Notes: generated by a model not told the origin, from the sequence alone. DNA of 64,000 bases from Antedon mediterranea (GCF_964355755.1 NC_092672.1:3782001-3846000); one strand, 5' to 3'; shown: positions 1-13,556, numbered from the stretch's first letter. Translations and numbers: made by a program.

Positions 1-218
1 TAAAATCATGAATAAGTAATTTAAAACACTGTCTATTATCTGCAGTGTATCATAATATAATGATGAGTTGTTCACACTGTGTGCCCTAAAGCCTTTAAAA
101 CAATAGATGTGCAAATCTGTGTATGTATAGCTTTTCGTTTGGTTTCCATTTCAGTGTTATTTTGTGTGTTGTTATTATTATTATTTGTGTAGGTCTACTG
201 TTAGTGTTAGTGTTAAGC

Positions 219-466
219 GGAGTTGGGTAGCCGAGTGGTCAGGACACTTGACTGTCATACAGAGAGCCCCGAGTTCACTTCCCGACAACTCCCAGTTCAC
301 TCAGCTGTAAAAGAGTACTGTACCTGATTGAAAATGCTAGGGAGAAAAAGTCGACGTGGAAAGAAATTGGCCACCCTACCACATAATGCTAAGGCTTAAT
401 ACAATGAGCTCCTAAAAGCTCCTTTCCCTACTTTCAGAATGAACATGAGACTTGCCTTTTTTTTAC
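219..466 (+). mobile_element. tRNA-derived SINE
   Basis: A box TAGCCGAGTGG, B-box-like GAGTTCACTTCC, body 'ccagttcactcagctgtaaa..', T-rich tail; flanked by 8-bp direct repeat TGTTAAGC (211-218, 467-474). Confidence 0.75.
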
Positions 467-1257
467 TGTTAAGCCACCCTAACATCAAATATTAGTATTT
501 ATATAAACAATAATTTCATTGAAATTGTTGTTGAAAGTTATCCTGAAGTTAAAATAAACAAAAATGGTATCAACACCTATACAGTAATCATACATACTGT
601 AAGACATTTTGATCATCATTTTTGCGTAGGTATGTATACTGTGATGCATACCAAATTACAGTAGCTCAAATATGTTACGTAAGTCTACAAACTGTTTAGG
701 GTTCTATTCAATGGTGGTAGGCCTGATCTTAAGTCTTGTACAAGACCTGAAGGATTATTTTTTCTGTGATTTTTTTGTTGGATTTCCCCGTCATCAGATT
801 CGTATTCTACCTAATGTTTAATAATCATAATCATGTTGTGAATTTGCCTATGCTTTTAGAAATATTTTTTCAGATCTAGATTGCTTTAAGTAATTCCCAA
901 GCAAGTGCTTGTAACTTCTTGAGATTTCTAAATTTGATTTTATGATAGAAATTATTTATGAGTTTTTTAACAAAATATGTTTATAGCCTATAAAATATTT
1001 TTGTCTTATGGTATATTTTATGAGTTTCATTGAATGAGTTGACTCTTCGATCTATGTTCGTTATTTTCACAATTTTGTAGGTCTTTGAATTGTTATTATT
1101 ATTGAATATTATTGAATAATCTGTATCACAGCATTTAAATGTTTTTCCAGGAATGGAGTTTAAGAGAGGATTTAAAAAAAAAAACATTTAGTTGAAAAAT
1201 ATTATCTCTATTCTACTTTTTGATTTTGAGAATTAATTAATTTCTGTTGTACAGTAG

Positions 1258-1642
1258 TATAGAGTATCACGGTGCTGACGTCACGACGGTAGGTGGCGCT
1301 GCGTGGTTGCTAGCGCAACCAAAAATACGTTCAACCTGCCTGAGTGACTCCAAGGTCACCAATGGTTTGGCATAGGCTTATTGAAGTAGTCATTTTAAAA
1401 CTTAATAATTTTCAATAAAAACAAACTAAAATTTCAAAAGATCACTAAATATTTGTTTTTAATAATCTATTTATTCTTCAACTACAGTTTAAATTTTTGT
1501 TTAATTAAGCTAAGATACATAATTTGATAGAAATACAGATCTTTACAGTTTATCAACATAGTAGCGCTGAACGCATTTTTTGGTTGGCTAGCAACCATGC
1601 AGCGCCCTCTGTTGTTGTGACGTCACACCGTGATACTCTATA
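1258..1642. mobile_element. MITE with ~75-bp imperfect TIRs (TATAGAGTATCACGGTG...)
   Basis: tatagagtatcacggtgctgacgtcac...ggttgctagc..aaccaaaaa is mirrored by tttttggttggctagcaacc...gtgacgtcacaccgtgatactctata. Confidence 0.8.
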
Positions 1643-4548
1643 TAGATCTCTTTTTGTCGCTTTTGTTTCAACGTTGAATTATTGTTGAGGAGTTTTTACC
1701 ATTGACACCAATTTCAGGAAAATATTGTGTTTAAATTATGGTTCTGACCTGTTTTAAACTAAGTTCAGTAATGTAAACAAAGAAATAAAAACATATTTTG
1801 TTGAAAATAAGTTTGATGCTGTAAGTTCAAAGAAAGTGAAAGATTTACATGTCACCCCTTTCAAAACAATATGTTCCAAACATCTTATCTTATGAGATCA
1901 AAGAAAATAGCAACAAAACGTGTTCCTATTGTCCAGTTATTACATGAGGTCATTCCTTGGTCATTTAAACCTTTTTGTACTAATGCGTACTATATATAAT
2001 ATGCTTTTGACTTTTGCCGACCATTAGTAAACCACAGTTCCTAATGCTACATAATCAACAGCTTTTTGAATGTCATAAATGCATATATATACATTCTAGA
2101 TATTTGCATTTAGTCTGTAAACACATCTCATATTTTGAATTTAATGTGAATCATGTGTTGATGTTTCATTGGTATTTGAACAAATCAACTCAACTTAAAA
2201 TAGAGTAGCCGATACTGTTTCTTTGACCTCTCTACAACTAAAACATACTCCTGGTTTGGCCCGTCTTTTAGACTCATCTAATATTGTGCTCCAGGTTTTT
2301 CCATTTTTTTCTCCCGGATTACAAAGATAACAGAATATCAATTTGTCGATAACGATAACAATTTCACAAGAGGAATTTTCTTTTTTGTTGTTTATCCAAT
2401 AGAAAGAAAGTACTAAAAATGGTACTTACTACAACGTTTTTATACGACTTACTACACTCCTTACTTCTCCTGGCTGTTTTCTGTTTTTGGCAGGATTCTT
2501 TGTTTTGTGTAACTTTGATCTGGCTCATCAAATTATATTTTTGTCTACCGTACCTGCCAAGTCATGCTATTTTCTTTTTTGTTGTTGCCATTTTGTTTGG
2601 TTGTCATTTATGACTATCTTACCATTATTGGTCTTCTTTTCTTAATTAAGAAAAAATAAAGTAAATATTATAGAAAAACAGTAGAAAAGAGCAAGGGGAG
2701 GCAGAGAGGAAGAATATACATAACATTATAAAGAAGCTTTAAAAACTAAAAAGCGGCCAACGAATAAGACCAAGATAATTACCTAGTGAGGTCATAATTT
2801 ATGACATTGAAATATAATTTAAACATCAAGTATTAGTCGAACAAAATGTATATTAGTTTCACTGATTTAAGTCTCTATGTGCTTATGCAAATTTTTGTAC
2901 AATAACCATCAAAAGTGTTCGAGAAAACGTATTAATCTAAAATCACTAGAAATTGGGACATTTAATCATGTATTGGCGATCCCTATGGACCAATTCATAT
3001 CATGATAGTCTTATTCAGTCATATATAGTTCCAGATAAACATACTGTTTTTCCTCCTAGCTTAACATTAGTTGTGTGCGCTAATCGCTAGCAAATCTTTA
3101 AAAAAAAAGAGTTATACTATTGTTCTAATTACAGTTTTTCCAAAGTATATGTTGTTGCAAGATGGAGTACCAGCAGTCTCTTCCTCTCAGTGATACGTAG
3201 TATTTTAGTAAAGGCTGTTTTAAATTACAGTAGTTTTATTTGGCTAAAATAGAGATTTGTTTTTTATTTTAAAATATTTATCTACAAAGAAATGTTGATA
3301 TATAAAGATAGCTGTAGTTTTACCTTTTAGATTTTAAAAAACCCTTGGTCCTCACAGTTAAAATCTTTTCTGTCTGCACTAAAACATTAACACAACTATT
3401 TATATCATTATTCACTTTTGCATGTTGTTCATTTTTTAAACAGTTCAGTAACAAACTATATTTCAAGTATATGATTTACATAGCCAGAAGGAATTCAGGA
3501 ATTCATCAAATTCTGGTCTTCCTAAAGATGTCAACACGTTTAATCAATTTTATCTTGTAATTAATTATATAATGTTGACTTAATCTCTTGAGCAGAGTGT
3601 TGAAAAGCAATCTATCGAAATAAGTCTGTGATCATTCAATCAATCTGCATAATATCCTTTATGAATTGTTTTCCTTAAATTGTTCCAGTTCTTTCAACTC
3701 TACTTAGACTAGTCCTACAGAGAGTATCTTTTGACCTCTCTGTGACTTGAAAGTGTGATCTGTAAGATGGTAGAGAATTGATGAATGTCTTAGTTTGAGA
3801 AAGCAGTGTGGCGTAATAGTAGAGATATTGCGGCATGGGTTCGAGACTTATGTGAGATCCAAACAATTTGTCAATGCAAAAGATAGGACATTACTGTCAA
3901 GCCTGTTTTTCCTGTAGTGCCCATTTCAAACTAGATACGAAGAGCAAAAATGCTAGAAAATAGGCCTTAAACTTAAGACAATGTTATGGCCAAATCTCTA
4001 GCTAGCTTTCATCTACTTATGTAGGCCTAAATCTATCTTTTCTTCAGTTGCTTAAGGCTTGCACTTGTCACTTTTTGTGGAAAAAAGAACTCCTCCTTAA
4101 AAATCCTGGCTACGGGTTTGACTGTATGTTGAATTCAGTGCTTCATTTGGCCATTTTTAGGCCCTGTCTGCTATATCATAATCTTCGAGCATACCATACA
4201 CTGTTGTGCCATGATACTTTTTCTCATTGCCTCGTCCTTTGGATGGGATTTAAAGACGTACATGCATTGAGCATGTAATAAAAAAAGAACTTGTTTACAC
4301 TATTCGAAAAGAATCCTTGATTAATGAGAATTATGGTTTAATTTAAATGTATTTATAATTTCTCTTTCCTTGATTTACTAGGTTTATAAGATTTATTTGG
4401 ATAATGTCTGATTTCAAGATTTTTTCTCACAACACTTCATCAATCATAACTAACAATAAATTATAAAGTTTAGTAAAATGTTTTTTGGCTTCATATTTCT
4501 GCAATAATTGAGGTTTTTATTAGTTCACAATCTTTGACCATATACTAA

Positions 4549-4703
4549 AGCTGTGTCCACACTATCAAACTATTTTGACAAACAAAAAGTGTGATGTGCC
4601 CACATATGGTAGTGATATGCCCACATATGGTAGTGATATGACATCATCATGTCCATATATAGGCACATCACATTTTTTTTATCACAAAGTTTGATAGTGA
4701 AGA
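4549..4703. mobile_element. MITE family A (TIR AGCTCTGTCTACACTATCAAACT, internal 21-bp repeats), PIF/Harbinger-like
   Basis: Degenerate TIRs and internal GCCCAmATATGGTAGTGATAT repeats; homologous to other copies in the window. Confidence 0.75.
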
Positions 4704-5336
4704 TGTATAAAGAAGCATTCTAACTACATTTATCAAAGAAGTGTCGACTTGAAGTCAAAACTTTATTCTCTCGTTAATTTATCGGTGCTTTTTCAGTGAT
4801 TATAGCAATATTAACGGCTTTTATCTGATCAGTCTATGAGCTAGGATGGCATACTGTAGGCCTTATGTTTGTTCTCACATATTTTTAAAAACATGCTTAA
4901 ACTAATACACTCATTGCTATGTTAAGGGTACCCCTGGAGAGCTGGATCTTCAACAACATGTAACGTGCCTAAGATCAACATAAATCATGATGCAGACATT
5001 CACTAGAAACAATAAACAATTTCGGAATGGCATTTCAAGGAATATAGTAAAAGCTTGAGTCTTAATTGATGCAACGCAAAAACCTATTACCAATCATAAG
5101 CAAAAGTTTGGATGATCAATTGCTTGTTATTGGTCAATTTAGTTGCGTTGTATGTACATCTTTGCATTGCGTCCTAGTAGGAGCTAAACTTAAGAACCAG
5201 TTAAGCTTAAATCCCGCTTGGACGCAATGCAGTGACGTCGGCGCAACGCAAATCAGTTGACCAATAACAAGAGTTTGAATAACAAAGTAAACTGCTAATG
5301 CTCATGCTAATAATTTTTTAATCAAATTCGTATAAT

Positions 5337-5470
5337 GCTCTGTCTACACTATCAAACTTTATGTTACAACAAAATGTACCCATATATGGACATGATGATA
5401 TCATATCACTAATATATTTGGGCATATCACTACCATATTTGGTCACATCATACCTTTTTTTGTCAAACTA
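5337..5470. mobile_element. MITE family A, right end truncated by a (TACTGAA)n LINE-like tail
   Basis: gctctgtctacactatcaaac start, 21-bp repeats, then actactgaatactgaatactgaaaatgctttattt. Confidence 0.7.
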
Positions 5471-6475
5471 CTGAATACTGAATACTGAAAATGCTTTATT
5501 TGTCCAGGCATCATCATCATAAAATAACAACAGAAATTCTTCTTGAAGATTGACAATTATTAGTAAAATAATAAATAGATATACAATATAATATATTATG
5601 TACACACACATAATTGCACAAAAAAAAAAAAAAAAAAAAAAATATAAAGTTTTAGTGGCAGTCTAGGATTTTAAAATAGGGGAAGCTTAGAGCCTAAAAA
5701 TGGTGAAATTAAGTGCTGAACTTAACTTAATGTCTTATCTTATCGTAATTTACCAAATTCTGGACTCCCTTTTGGATCTTGCTATGGGTGTGTACTTTAT
5801 GTCACAAAAAAAGAGAGTAGGCTAAAGGCAAACTTGTTAATGAATATTATAGTTTAACTCTCATGAAATACCACATTCAGGTGATACTTAAAATGTTTAT
5901 CTGAATTGATTACCAACATTGGTAGTAATAGCGCTATATTTCATATTTGCTGTGTATGTAATGGTACATTTATTACCATTATCCATCACGTCTCATAACA
6001 TGAAACATGATAAAGCACATACTTGAAACTAATACATTAATTTTTAAATTATTACAATAATGAAATTGCACATCCATCTTTCAAAACCTACAGTACAGCT
6101 ATAGTGACAGATCATGGTCAGACTAAAATTAAAAACTAAAAAATCCTAACATTTTATAATTTTCATTATAGTTCCAAGGGAAGGGTCAAGACATAGAAAG
6201 TTCTGAATAATTATTTATAGTTTCAATGTATTTAATTTAATTCAATTATTCAATTTAATATTATTGATATAATAAAAGTGGATCATATGTAGAATTGATT
6301 CTACTACATTTGTATTTTCCACAAAAAAAATCGTGCATGAAAAATATGTACTGTGATAGGCTTAATTTATGTATTATTATCGAGTAATTCACAGTATGCA
6401 ATTTGGTTTTAACAGCTTGAAAGAAGTTGATAAATATCGCATGATGGACTAAAACAAGGTAATTCAACAATGTGT

Positions 6476-7080
6476 TACTAGAAAGCTTTCGATTTGCGAC
6501 GAACGACCACCTAACTAGGTCATGTCAAGCGGTGTGTCGTTGGTCATTGCCTGGAACTAGAAACCACCTAAACTGTCTTAAGATGGGGATTGAGGAAACC
6601 TGTCCCAACTTCCCCCTCCCCCCCCCCCCCCGATTGTGAATAATGAAATGACATAACCTGTTGGTGGTCGTTTGTTGAATTGAAAGCTCCACATTGTATG
6701 AAAGTAGAATTTTAAAATAGTCCTTTATTTTAATCGAATATGTTTGAGATATCATGTATAGAAAACAAGCAAATATGAAGGTGAATCGCAACTTCCTTGA
6801 CCAAAATTGCATCGCGTTGAGTAAACATTCATTGGAGTTGTGACTTGGTGGTATGCTTGGCTACCAATCCAAGAGTCCTAGGTTCGAGTCCTGTCATACG
6901 TTAGGATTTTTTCTAATGACAAATTTCAACTCCACTCCCACAGACTTGAAATAAGACTTTGTTTATGTAGAGCATCTTGTGTATATCTTGTGAACGGAAT
7001 TGCCCCTTTTTAAAGGATAGTGAATGAATTCGCTTATGGTTATCCTTTGCAATTTGCCTAAATATATAAAAACACAACAA
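6476..7080 (+). mobile_element. Probable interspersed repeat with an internal tRNA-like Pol III module (~6836-6912)
   Basis: A-box-like TGACTTGGTGG, anticodon-like arm CTTGG..CCAAG, B box GGTTCGAGTCC, then TTTTTT. The acceptor stem does not pair and the boundaries are approximate. Confidence 0.4.
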
Positions 7081-7794
7081 AAAGGAATACAAATGATTCG
7101 AAAAAAAAGAAGATGCAAAGTGTATGCATAATTGACCTAAAACATTCTATGATTAAGATTCAAAGTGCGTCTACCTTTGTTTAGACTAAAAATCATTATT
7201 AAATCAGTCGTTATCAATAATATATTTGTTTCCGCCAAAAGGCCAGACATAAGGTTACTGAATAAGTTCATATTACCTAAAAGGTTTGTCTGCCCTTTGA
7301 TATGACATAAATAAGAACTTAATAATTGAACTGTATTATTAATTAAACTATATTAAATTCTATTTTTAAAAAAAGAATTTATTGTAGTTATTGATATTTA
7401 GTTATATTGTGTTGAAAACTATAAAAAACAACATAGATTTTTGTCAATACAGTTGTGTGAACACACGCACACAGGTGGTATATTTCGTACCAAGTTTACC
7501 TGGATAAGCCAACAATAGCCTGTGCTCTCCAGAAGAAGAGCTTTGATAGAAAAAGTTAAAAGTTTCTAGAGAACCGCTCTATAAAAATGAACTAATCCAT
7601 CAACCATGAATTAGAGTTACTGTACAACTGACAAAATGTTAGGAAAGCAATAGAAATAGCTTCTTCCGACAAGATTACAACAGGAATATATCAGTTGTGA
7701 GGTGTTTTAATCACTGAAATTTTATTGTTGTATATGCCTAATAAAGTTAAACCACAGATTCGATGTTTTCAAAACGTTCATAAACGTAGCTTAA

Positions 7795-8148
7795 AGATGT
7801 ATTGTCCCCCTGAAAAAAATAATTTGTAACCATTTTTTTTAATATGCCATTTTAATGTAACATAATAGTTATCCACTTTGACCACAAATTGGATCGAAAA
7901 AAAATGTATTTACCTGAAAAAACTGTACTTTAAAGCAAAAAAATTGTCAAATTGGCTGCCAGCCAATGGGTTTTTGGTTGAATGAATTTAACCATTTATT
8001 TTGTCATTTTAAATTGTGAAAACATAATTTTTTTTTGTTTTTTTTTTCTACGGAAGTGATTAACTTTATTAAAACTACAAATAACATATTCCATTCTGAT
8101 TTAAATAATCTTCATTTTTCATGTTTTTTGGGGGGGGGCAATAGATCT
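7795..8148. mobile_element. Non-autonomous DNA transposon with TTAA TSD (Kolobok-like)
   Basis: TTAA|agatgtattgtccccc...gggggcaatagatct|TTAA; a diverged internal copy lies at ~37680-37850. Confidence 0.7.
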
Positions 8149-8336
8149 TTAATTGTTCATAGCTAGAATAGAATTGAACCCACACCCTATCAAATAATAA
8201 ACTTAAAATGGTGGGTGGTGATGGTTTCAGAGATAGTTCAACCAATAGAGCTTGTTATAGCTTTAGTTCTCACTATAAGTTTAGACACAAAGTAAAGTGG
8301 CAAAATTCATAATAAATTCATCTCCTTCCCAAAAAT

Positions 8337-8452
8337 ATTTTTAGAATCAAATTTGCGTTTCTAGTGAAGGACAAATTAACGTTGAACTTACCAACGTTTC
8401 GTGCATTAGCTTAGGTAGTGGTGTCACTAGAAACGAAAATTTGATTCTAAAA
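8337..8452. repeat. Inverted repeat or MITE remnant
   Basis: tttttagaatcaaatttgcgtttctagtga pairs with tcactagaaacgaaaatttgattctaaaaa. Confidence 0.6.
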
Positions 8453-9202
8453 ACACAAGTGGCAAATCGTGAATTATTTATAAATTGATCATGCATGTAT
8501 GTCTTTGTGTACAGATAACCAGGCTTAAAGCTTCTCTAATGGCCGGATACAAACACAATCTTATTTGCTAATTTTAGGTAATTTAGTTTTAAGTTTGCAG
8601 CTGTACTCGTCAACGTAAATTATGTCTTGTATTTTAGTTCGCACATTTTATATTTGAAATTATCTTTAACTTCTTAATTTGCCCTTTTTTGTAATTGTCA
8701 CTTTGTCGCTACACATTAACAAATCCACTTTATCGAAAAAACCATTCAGAATAATCTAAATGAAATTATAGAGAGAAAATTCAAATTTTATCTAATTGAG
8801 ATGAAAATGATGAGTTTTGCATGATTCCAGGCTTAGAGTCTTACTCAAATCTCTTATTTTATATTATAGCTTTTTTGGCGAGATGAGCTGTAAACTTCAC
8901 AAGTGAATGACCTGCAAATTGAAGGTCTGTTGAACATGTGCTCTTTCAGCATGCGCTTTCAGTAAAAATAAACATTTACATTGCGACAATTCCAAAAAAA
9001 TGATCAAAGGCACAAATTTTCTAAGAATAAATTATTTTTCAATTCTTGGTACTGTATTTAAATTTTGTCACTATCATATAAAAATTCTGTAATAAAGCAT
9101 CACATGTGTTTTCCATGTATTTATTACACACATAAATTACAACTTTTAACCAATAGCCTATCTTACATGTATTATGGAATTTAATTTCCTATAATTTATA
9201 CT

Positions 9203-10181
9203 AAACAAGAATATTTCTTACAAAAAACGCTGCTCGCTTATTGTTATTGCTAAGGTCAAGTCTGGGGGTCACTACATCACGCCTAGATACTTCAAGTATC
9301 CTATTACAAACAAAAACTTCAATGGACTGTTTTGATAATAATTCAATGATTATCTGACAGCGAATTATATCATGGGACTCATAAATACCAGAATGCTTTG
9401 GGATTTGTCGTTAGACTCTTTTCTCAGCCGTTTTTGGATTCAACAGGTGGTACCAATAAATTATAGTGGAGTTTCCATTTTAACAAAAATGTCAAAGTGT
9501 AGTACTATAAAGCTGCTTGATTTCATCTAATGAATGAGTCATCTCGTGTATCTGACACTGACAGCGAATTATATCATGGGACTCATAAATACCAGAATGC
9601 TTTGGGATTTGTCGTTAGACTCTTTTCTCAGCCGTTTTTGGATTCAACAGGTGGTACCAATAAATTATAGTGGAGTTTCCATTTTAACAAAAATGTCAAA
9701 GTATAGTACTATAAAGCTGCTTGATTTCATCTAATGAATGAGTCATCTCGTGTATCTGACAGCGAATTATATCATGGGACTCATAAATACCAGAATGCTT
9801 TGGGATTTGTCGTTAGACTCTTTTCTCAGCCGTTTTTGGATTCAACAGGTGGTACCAATAAATTATAGTGGAGTTTCCATTTTAACAAAAATGTCAAAGT
9901 GTAGTACTATAAAGCTGCTTGATTTCATCTAATGAATGAGTCATCTCGTGTATCTGACAGCGAATTATATCATGGGACTCATAAATACCAGAATGCTTTG
10001 GGATTTGTCGTTAGACTCTTTTCTCAGCCGTTTTTGGATTCAACAGGTGGTACCAATAAATTATAGTGGAGTTTCCATTTTAACAAAAATGTCAAAGTGT
10101 AGTACTATAAAGCTGCTTGATTTCATCTAATGAATGAGTCATCTCGTGTGACGTAGCGGGCTAGAGCAGCAGCGTGAAAAA
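9203..10181 (-). mobile_element. Helentron-associated (HINE/DINE-1-like) non-autonomous element with 4 tandem 198-bp core repeats
   Basis: Reverse-complement copy of 23755-24125. Short subterminal IRs (ACGCTGCT/AGCAGCGT), terminal hairpin AAGAAATATTCTT and T-run ends. Tandem units start at 9351, 9549, 9753 and 9951. Confidence 0.7.
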
Positions 10182-11042
10182 TACTGACATGTAGACTGAG
10201 AATCCGACATTTAGCCCAGCAGCAACTCCAGCACTTTTAATTTTCATCATTGGAACAAAAATGTAGGTGTTAGGCATGAATATTGATGTTTGATTTTATT
10301 TAAAAATCTATGATATGGAAGATGTCTGCATTAATTTTATTAATTTTTATCCAAATCTATGCTTACATATTTGATCAAGTAATAAAGTGAATTTATTTTG
10401 ACTTTTACCAAATTTATGAACAAGAAAAGTGAATGATCTATTTTATCCATTTCAGGTCATTAATGTTAGCGGTTTGTCATTCATTAAGTAACACTTTCCA
10501 TTTTGACTTTTAAATTGGTACTTACCAGTAAAAATGTATCTGTGTAGGTGGTTTAAAAAAATTTAAATAAATGATGTTCTTTTAAGAATATGTGTCATGC
10601 TCTGTTTTAATATTTAGTTCTATGAAACATACAGAAAATTGAATAAACCATATTAAATAATGCTGTAGAATAATAAAAACACTTGATTTACTTTGGTAAA
10701 AATCTTACCATGGGCTAAGCCTGTTTTCCACACGTGAATCCAATGTCACTTCACCAAGATTACAGATTAAAAGCTCTCAACTATTATTTTAGGAATCTAT
10801 TCAAATCATTTTTTCTTTGGATCATCCAAAAGAAAAAATTATTTGAATACTATACAAAGATCCGGATAAACCTTTATACTAATATTTTCAGAATCATTTA
10901 TCACCTTGTTATTTACGGTCAAAAGTATTGGCACGTGGATAAGTTTATTATTAATGATGATGTTGAAAAGGTGGCTAGGAACTTGAAACTTAAATGGAGA
11001 TGTTGAAAGCAATGTCATAGTAATAATAAACATCGTATTAAT

Positions 11043-11174
11043 GCTGCAACTGTCATTGACTTTTGCTGCAACTGTCATTGACTTTTGCTGCAACTGTCAT
11101 TGACTTTTGCTGCAACTGTCATTGACTTTTTCTGCAACTGTCATTGACTTTTGCTGCACTGTCATTGACTTTTG
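11043..11174. repeat. 22-bp minisatellite, 6 copies (GCTGCAACTGTCATTGACTTTT)
   Basis: Direct tandem copies at 22-bp spacing. Confidence 0.95.
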
Positions 11175-11260
11175 ATAACAGAAATCTACATTTGTGACAG
11201 CAATACTTCATTTTGGCAACAATTTTTTACTGGTTGTTTTTTTTCCCTGTTAATTTGTTA

Positions 11261-11625
11261 AGGCCCATTTACACTAGGACGATAACGATCGACGATAAAT
11301 AGACAAATGTGCATTTTTCATACATAAAACAAAAGAAATATAAAAACTTTTCATTCTAGAACTATAGAATAACCTTCTATGCTTCCTTTGATAAAAATAA
11401 TATTTTCACACGTCCAATCAAATGACGTCATGATTAGTAAGAGCAATAATATCATGACAATACAACGATTTTATTTTTTTTATTTATCATGATGTCGTTT
11501 GATTAGAATTTAAAAAAATATTTTTATCAAAGACAGCATAAATGATATGCTATTCTTCTAGAACGAAAATCTTTATAATTTCTTTTGATTTATGTAATAA
11601 AAAATGCACGCTTATATTTTATTGT
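11261..11625. mobile_element. PIF/Harbinger-like MITE family C (AGGCCCATTTACACTAGG), one TIR lost
   Basis: Matches 34143-34543 in the opposite orientation. Confidence 0.75.
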
Positions 11626-11904
11626 GAATTTAAAGTAGAATATTCCAGTCAGATTATTGTTTAACTTATTGGGCATTAATTGATTATCACTTTTGATGGA
11701 TCTCTATGCAAAATTAATTCTTTTGAAATTTGTTACTAAGTTAACCTGACGTTCTATATATTGCTTTTTCCATTTATGTTATACTTTATATCTGAATATC
11801 TGTGTTGATAAATTAGACAGCGGACCTAATTCGCAACCAATTCTTGGTAGTCTGAAACATTCTCTTCAAAATACATTATCACTTCGATACATTATCACAT
11901 AATG

Positions 11905-12180
11905 TATCACATGTGATGCCTGTACCATGCCATAAGCCTAACCTTTACATACTTGAGGCATAGCATGTGATTGTAATACATACAGTACAGTATGTAATAC
12001 ACTGTATTATAAGTTCATCTGTAATACACATGAATTCAATGTTAACGTAAAGGCAGGTATTCTTCATTGATTCGCAACTGAAAACACATGTGATGCCTGT
12101 ACCATTCTTTAAGCCTAACCTTTACGTACTTCAGGCACAACATGTGATTGTAATACATACAGTATGTTACTCTGTATTCA
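11905..12180. repeat. Two diverged copies of a dispersed repeat (acatgtgatgcctgtac..aagcctaacc..acatgtg)
   Basis: Related copies at ~40490-40570, ~46130-46215 and ~48515-48600. Confidence 0.55.
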
Positions 12181-12893
12181 AGAATTTTCCTATGATAGAC
12201 CTACGGTACTTGACATATAATGCCATATGTAAAGATACAGCACAGAGAATCGGATGTTTCACATTGCAAAACAATTCAGTGTGAATGCATGTTACAGTAG
12301 ATAGAATCAGGGATTTCACACTAATCATTTTGCAAGTTATATTATATTATAAGTTGATCTCTCCTACACATGAATTCCATGTTAATGTATGAAGTGGATA
12401 GGCATTCTCCGTTGTTTTGTTTTTAAAGTTGTACTTTTAATTTGGTGTGATTTGACTCAATTCTCTTTTTAGTTAAGTGCAAACTTGTTGATCGGTCAGT
12501 AAACACTAACTCAAATTTGCGCATGTGACTGCAGCCATGTATATATGTCCTTGTTTATAAAGTGCATTATATACTTTTTACAGTTCATATTAAAATTCAT
12601 ATTCATTTCATTTTTTTTACCCTGGGGAAGGAATAATATTTTTTTTAAAACATTACCATTTCTGTCTTGCGGTTTTTCTATTTTATATTTATTTATTTAT
12701 TCAAATCCCTACCTCGCAGCCAATTGTAAATGTACATTAAAAAGTTCAATTACTTAATAACATATAAAAACAATTACTTAAAAAATGCTTTTTGACGACA
12801 GCTTTTTGCAGTAATATTTTTTTGAATTAATTTAATATATATTTTTTAACAATATAAATCATAATTCTGTATATGAAATGCATTCAACCCCTG

Positions 12894-13052
12894 TCGTTGT
12901 GGACAGACAAACGGGCGCCGTCTTGGTGGCAGCACTGACAAGAGGGACCCTTTAGGGGAGAAGAAAGTTGTGGTATGTGTCGTCCACGTCCTGTGCGCAA
13001 TTCAGCCCAGTAGGCTGCAAGTCACAGGTTATTTCCCCATTTACATTTACAT
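12894..13052 (+). mobile_element. 3' end of a LINE or SINE with (TTTACA)n tail
   Basis: GC-rich island ending ccccatttacatttacat in AT-rich surroundings. Confidence 0.5.
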
Positions 13053-13412
13053 ATACTTAGGTTGTAAATCTTAACACGATTCTCTTTAGGTTACAATAGT
13101 GTAAAATATGAGATATTTTATCTTATTATTTACAGTATGATTGTTGGTAATGCATCTTGATTCACTTCATAAATACCACATCTGCTTCAATGCTGGCTAC
13201 CTTCGATTTTTATATTTTAGCTCTTGCTTTTCAATCATCATCAAATTTATTAATTTGTTTGCTTTTGTGTCTTAAACCGACCTGTACTTAAATGCAATAC
13301 TCGCTGTTGGTCATACCATTAATCAGCATTAAATTGATGATAATACTCAGCTGGAAGTAAATCCATATTTATCATTTGAAAGTAACCTCCATATTTTTTG
13401 TTGAATGCTAAC

Positions 13413-13556
13413 GATATTCTTTGCCATCAAAACAATGCCAGTTTTCAAGCTTTTTGTTGTTGCACTCTGCAACACATCTCCCTTTTCTTCCACAGCTAAA
13501 TATCTCTGGATACTCCTCATTGGGACAAACTATGCCATATGTCAATGCCATACAAA
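13413..13556 (-). CDS. Candidate Cys-rich exon (small secreted peptide or extracellular module)
   Basis: Acceptor ttttgttttccag; CMALTYGIVCPNEEYPEIFSCGRKGRCVAECNNKKLENWHCFDGKEY; ends at a possible donor C|GTTAG or runs to TAG at 13408. No partner exons identified. Confidence 0.3.

Noticed and set aside
9534-10130. Three near-identical 64-66-aa ORFs that look like a tandem small-peptide gene cluster
   Set aside because: They arise because the 198-bp repeat unit is a multiple of 3; there is no promoter or splice structure and the unit is the core of a non-autonomous element.
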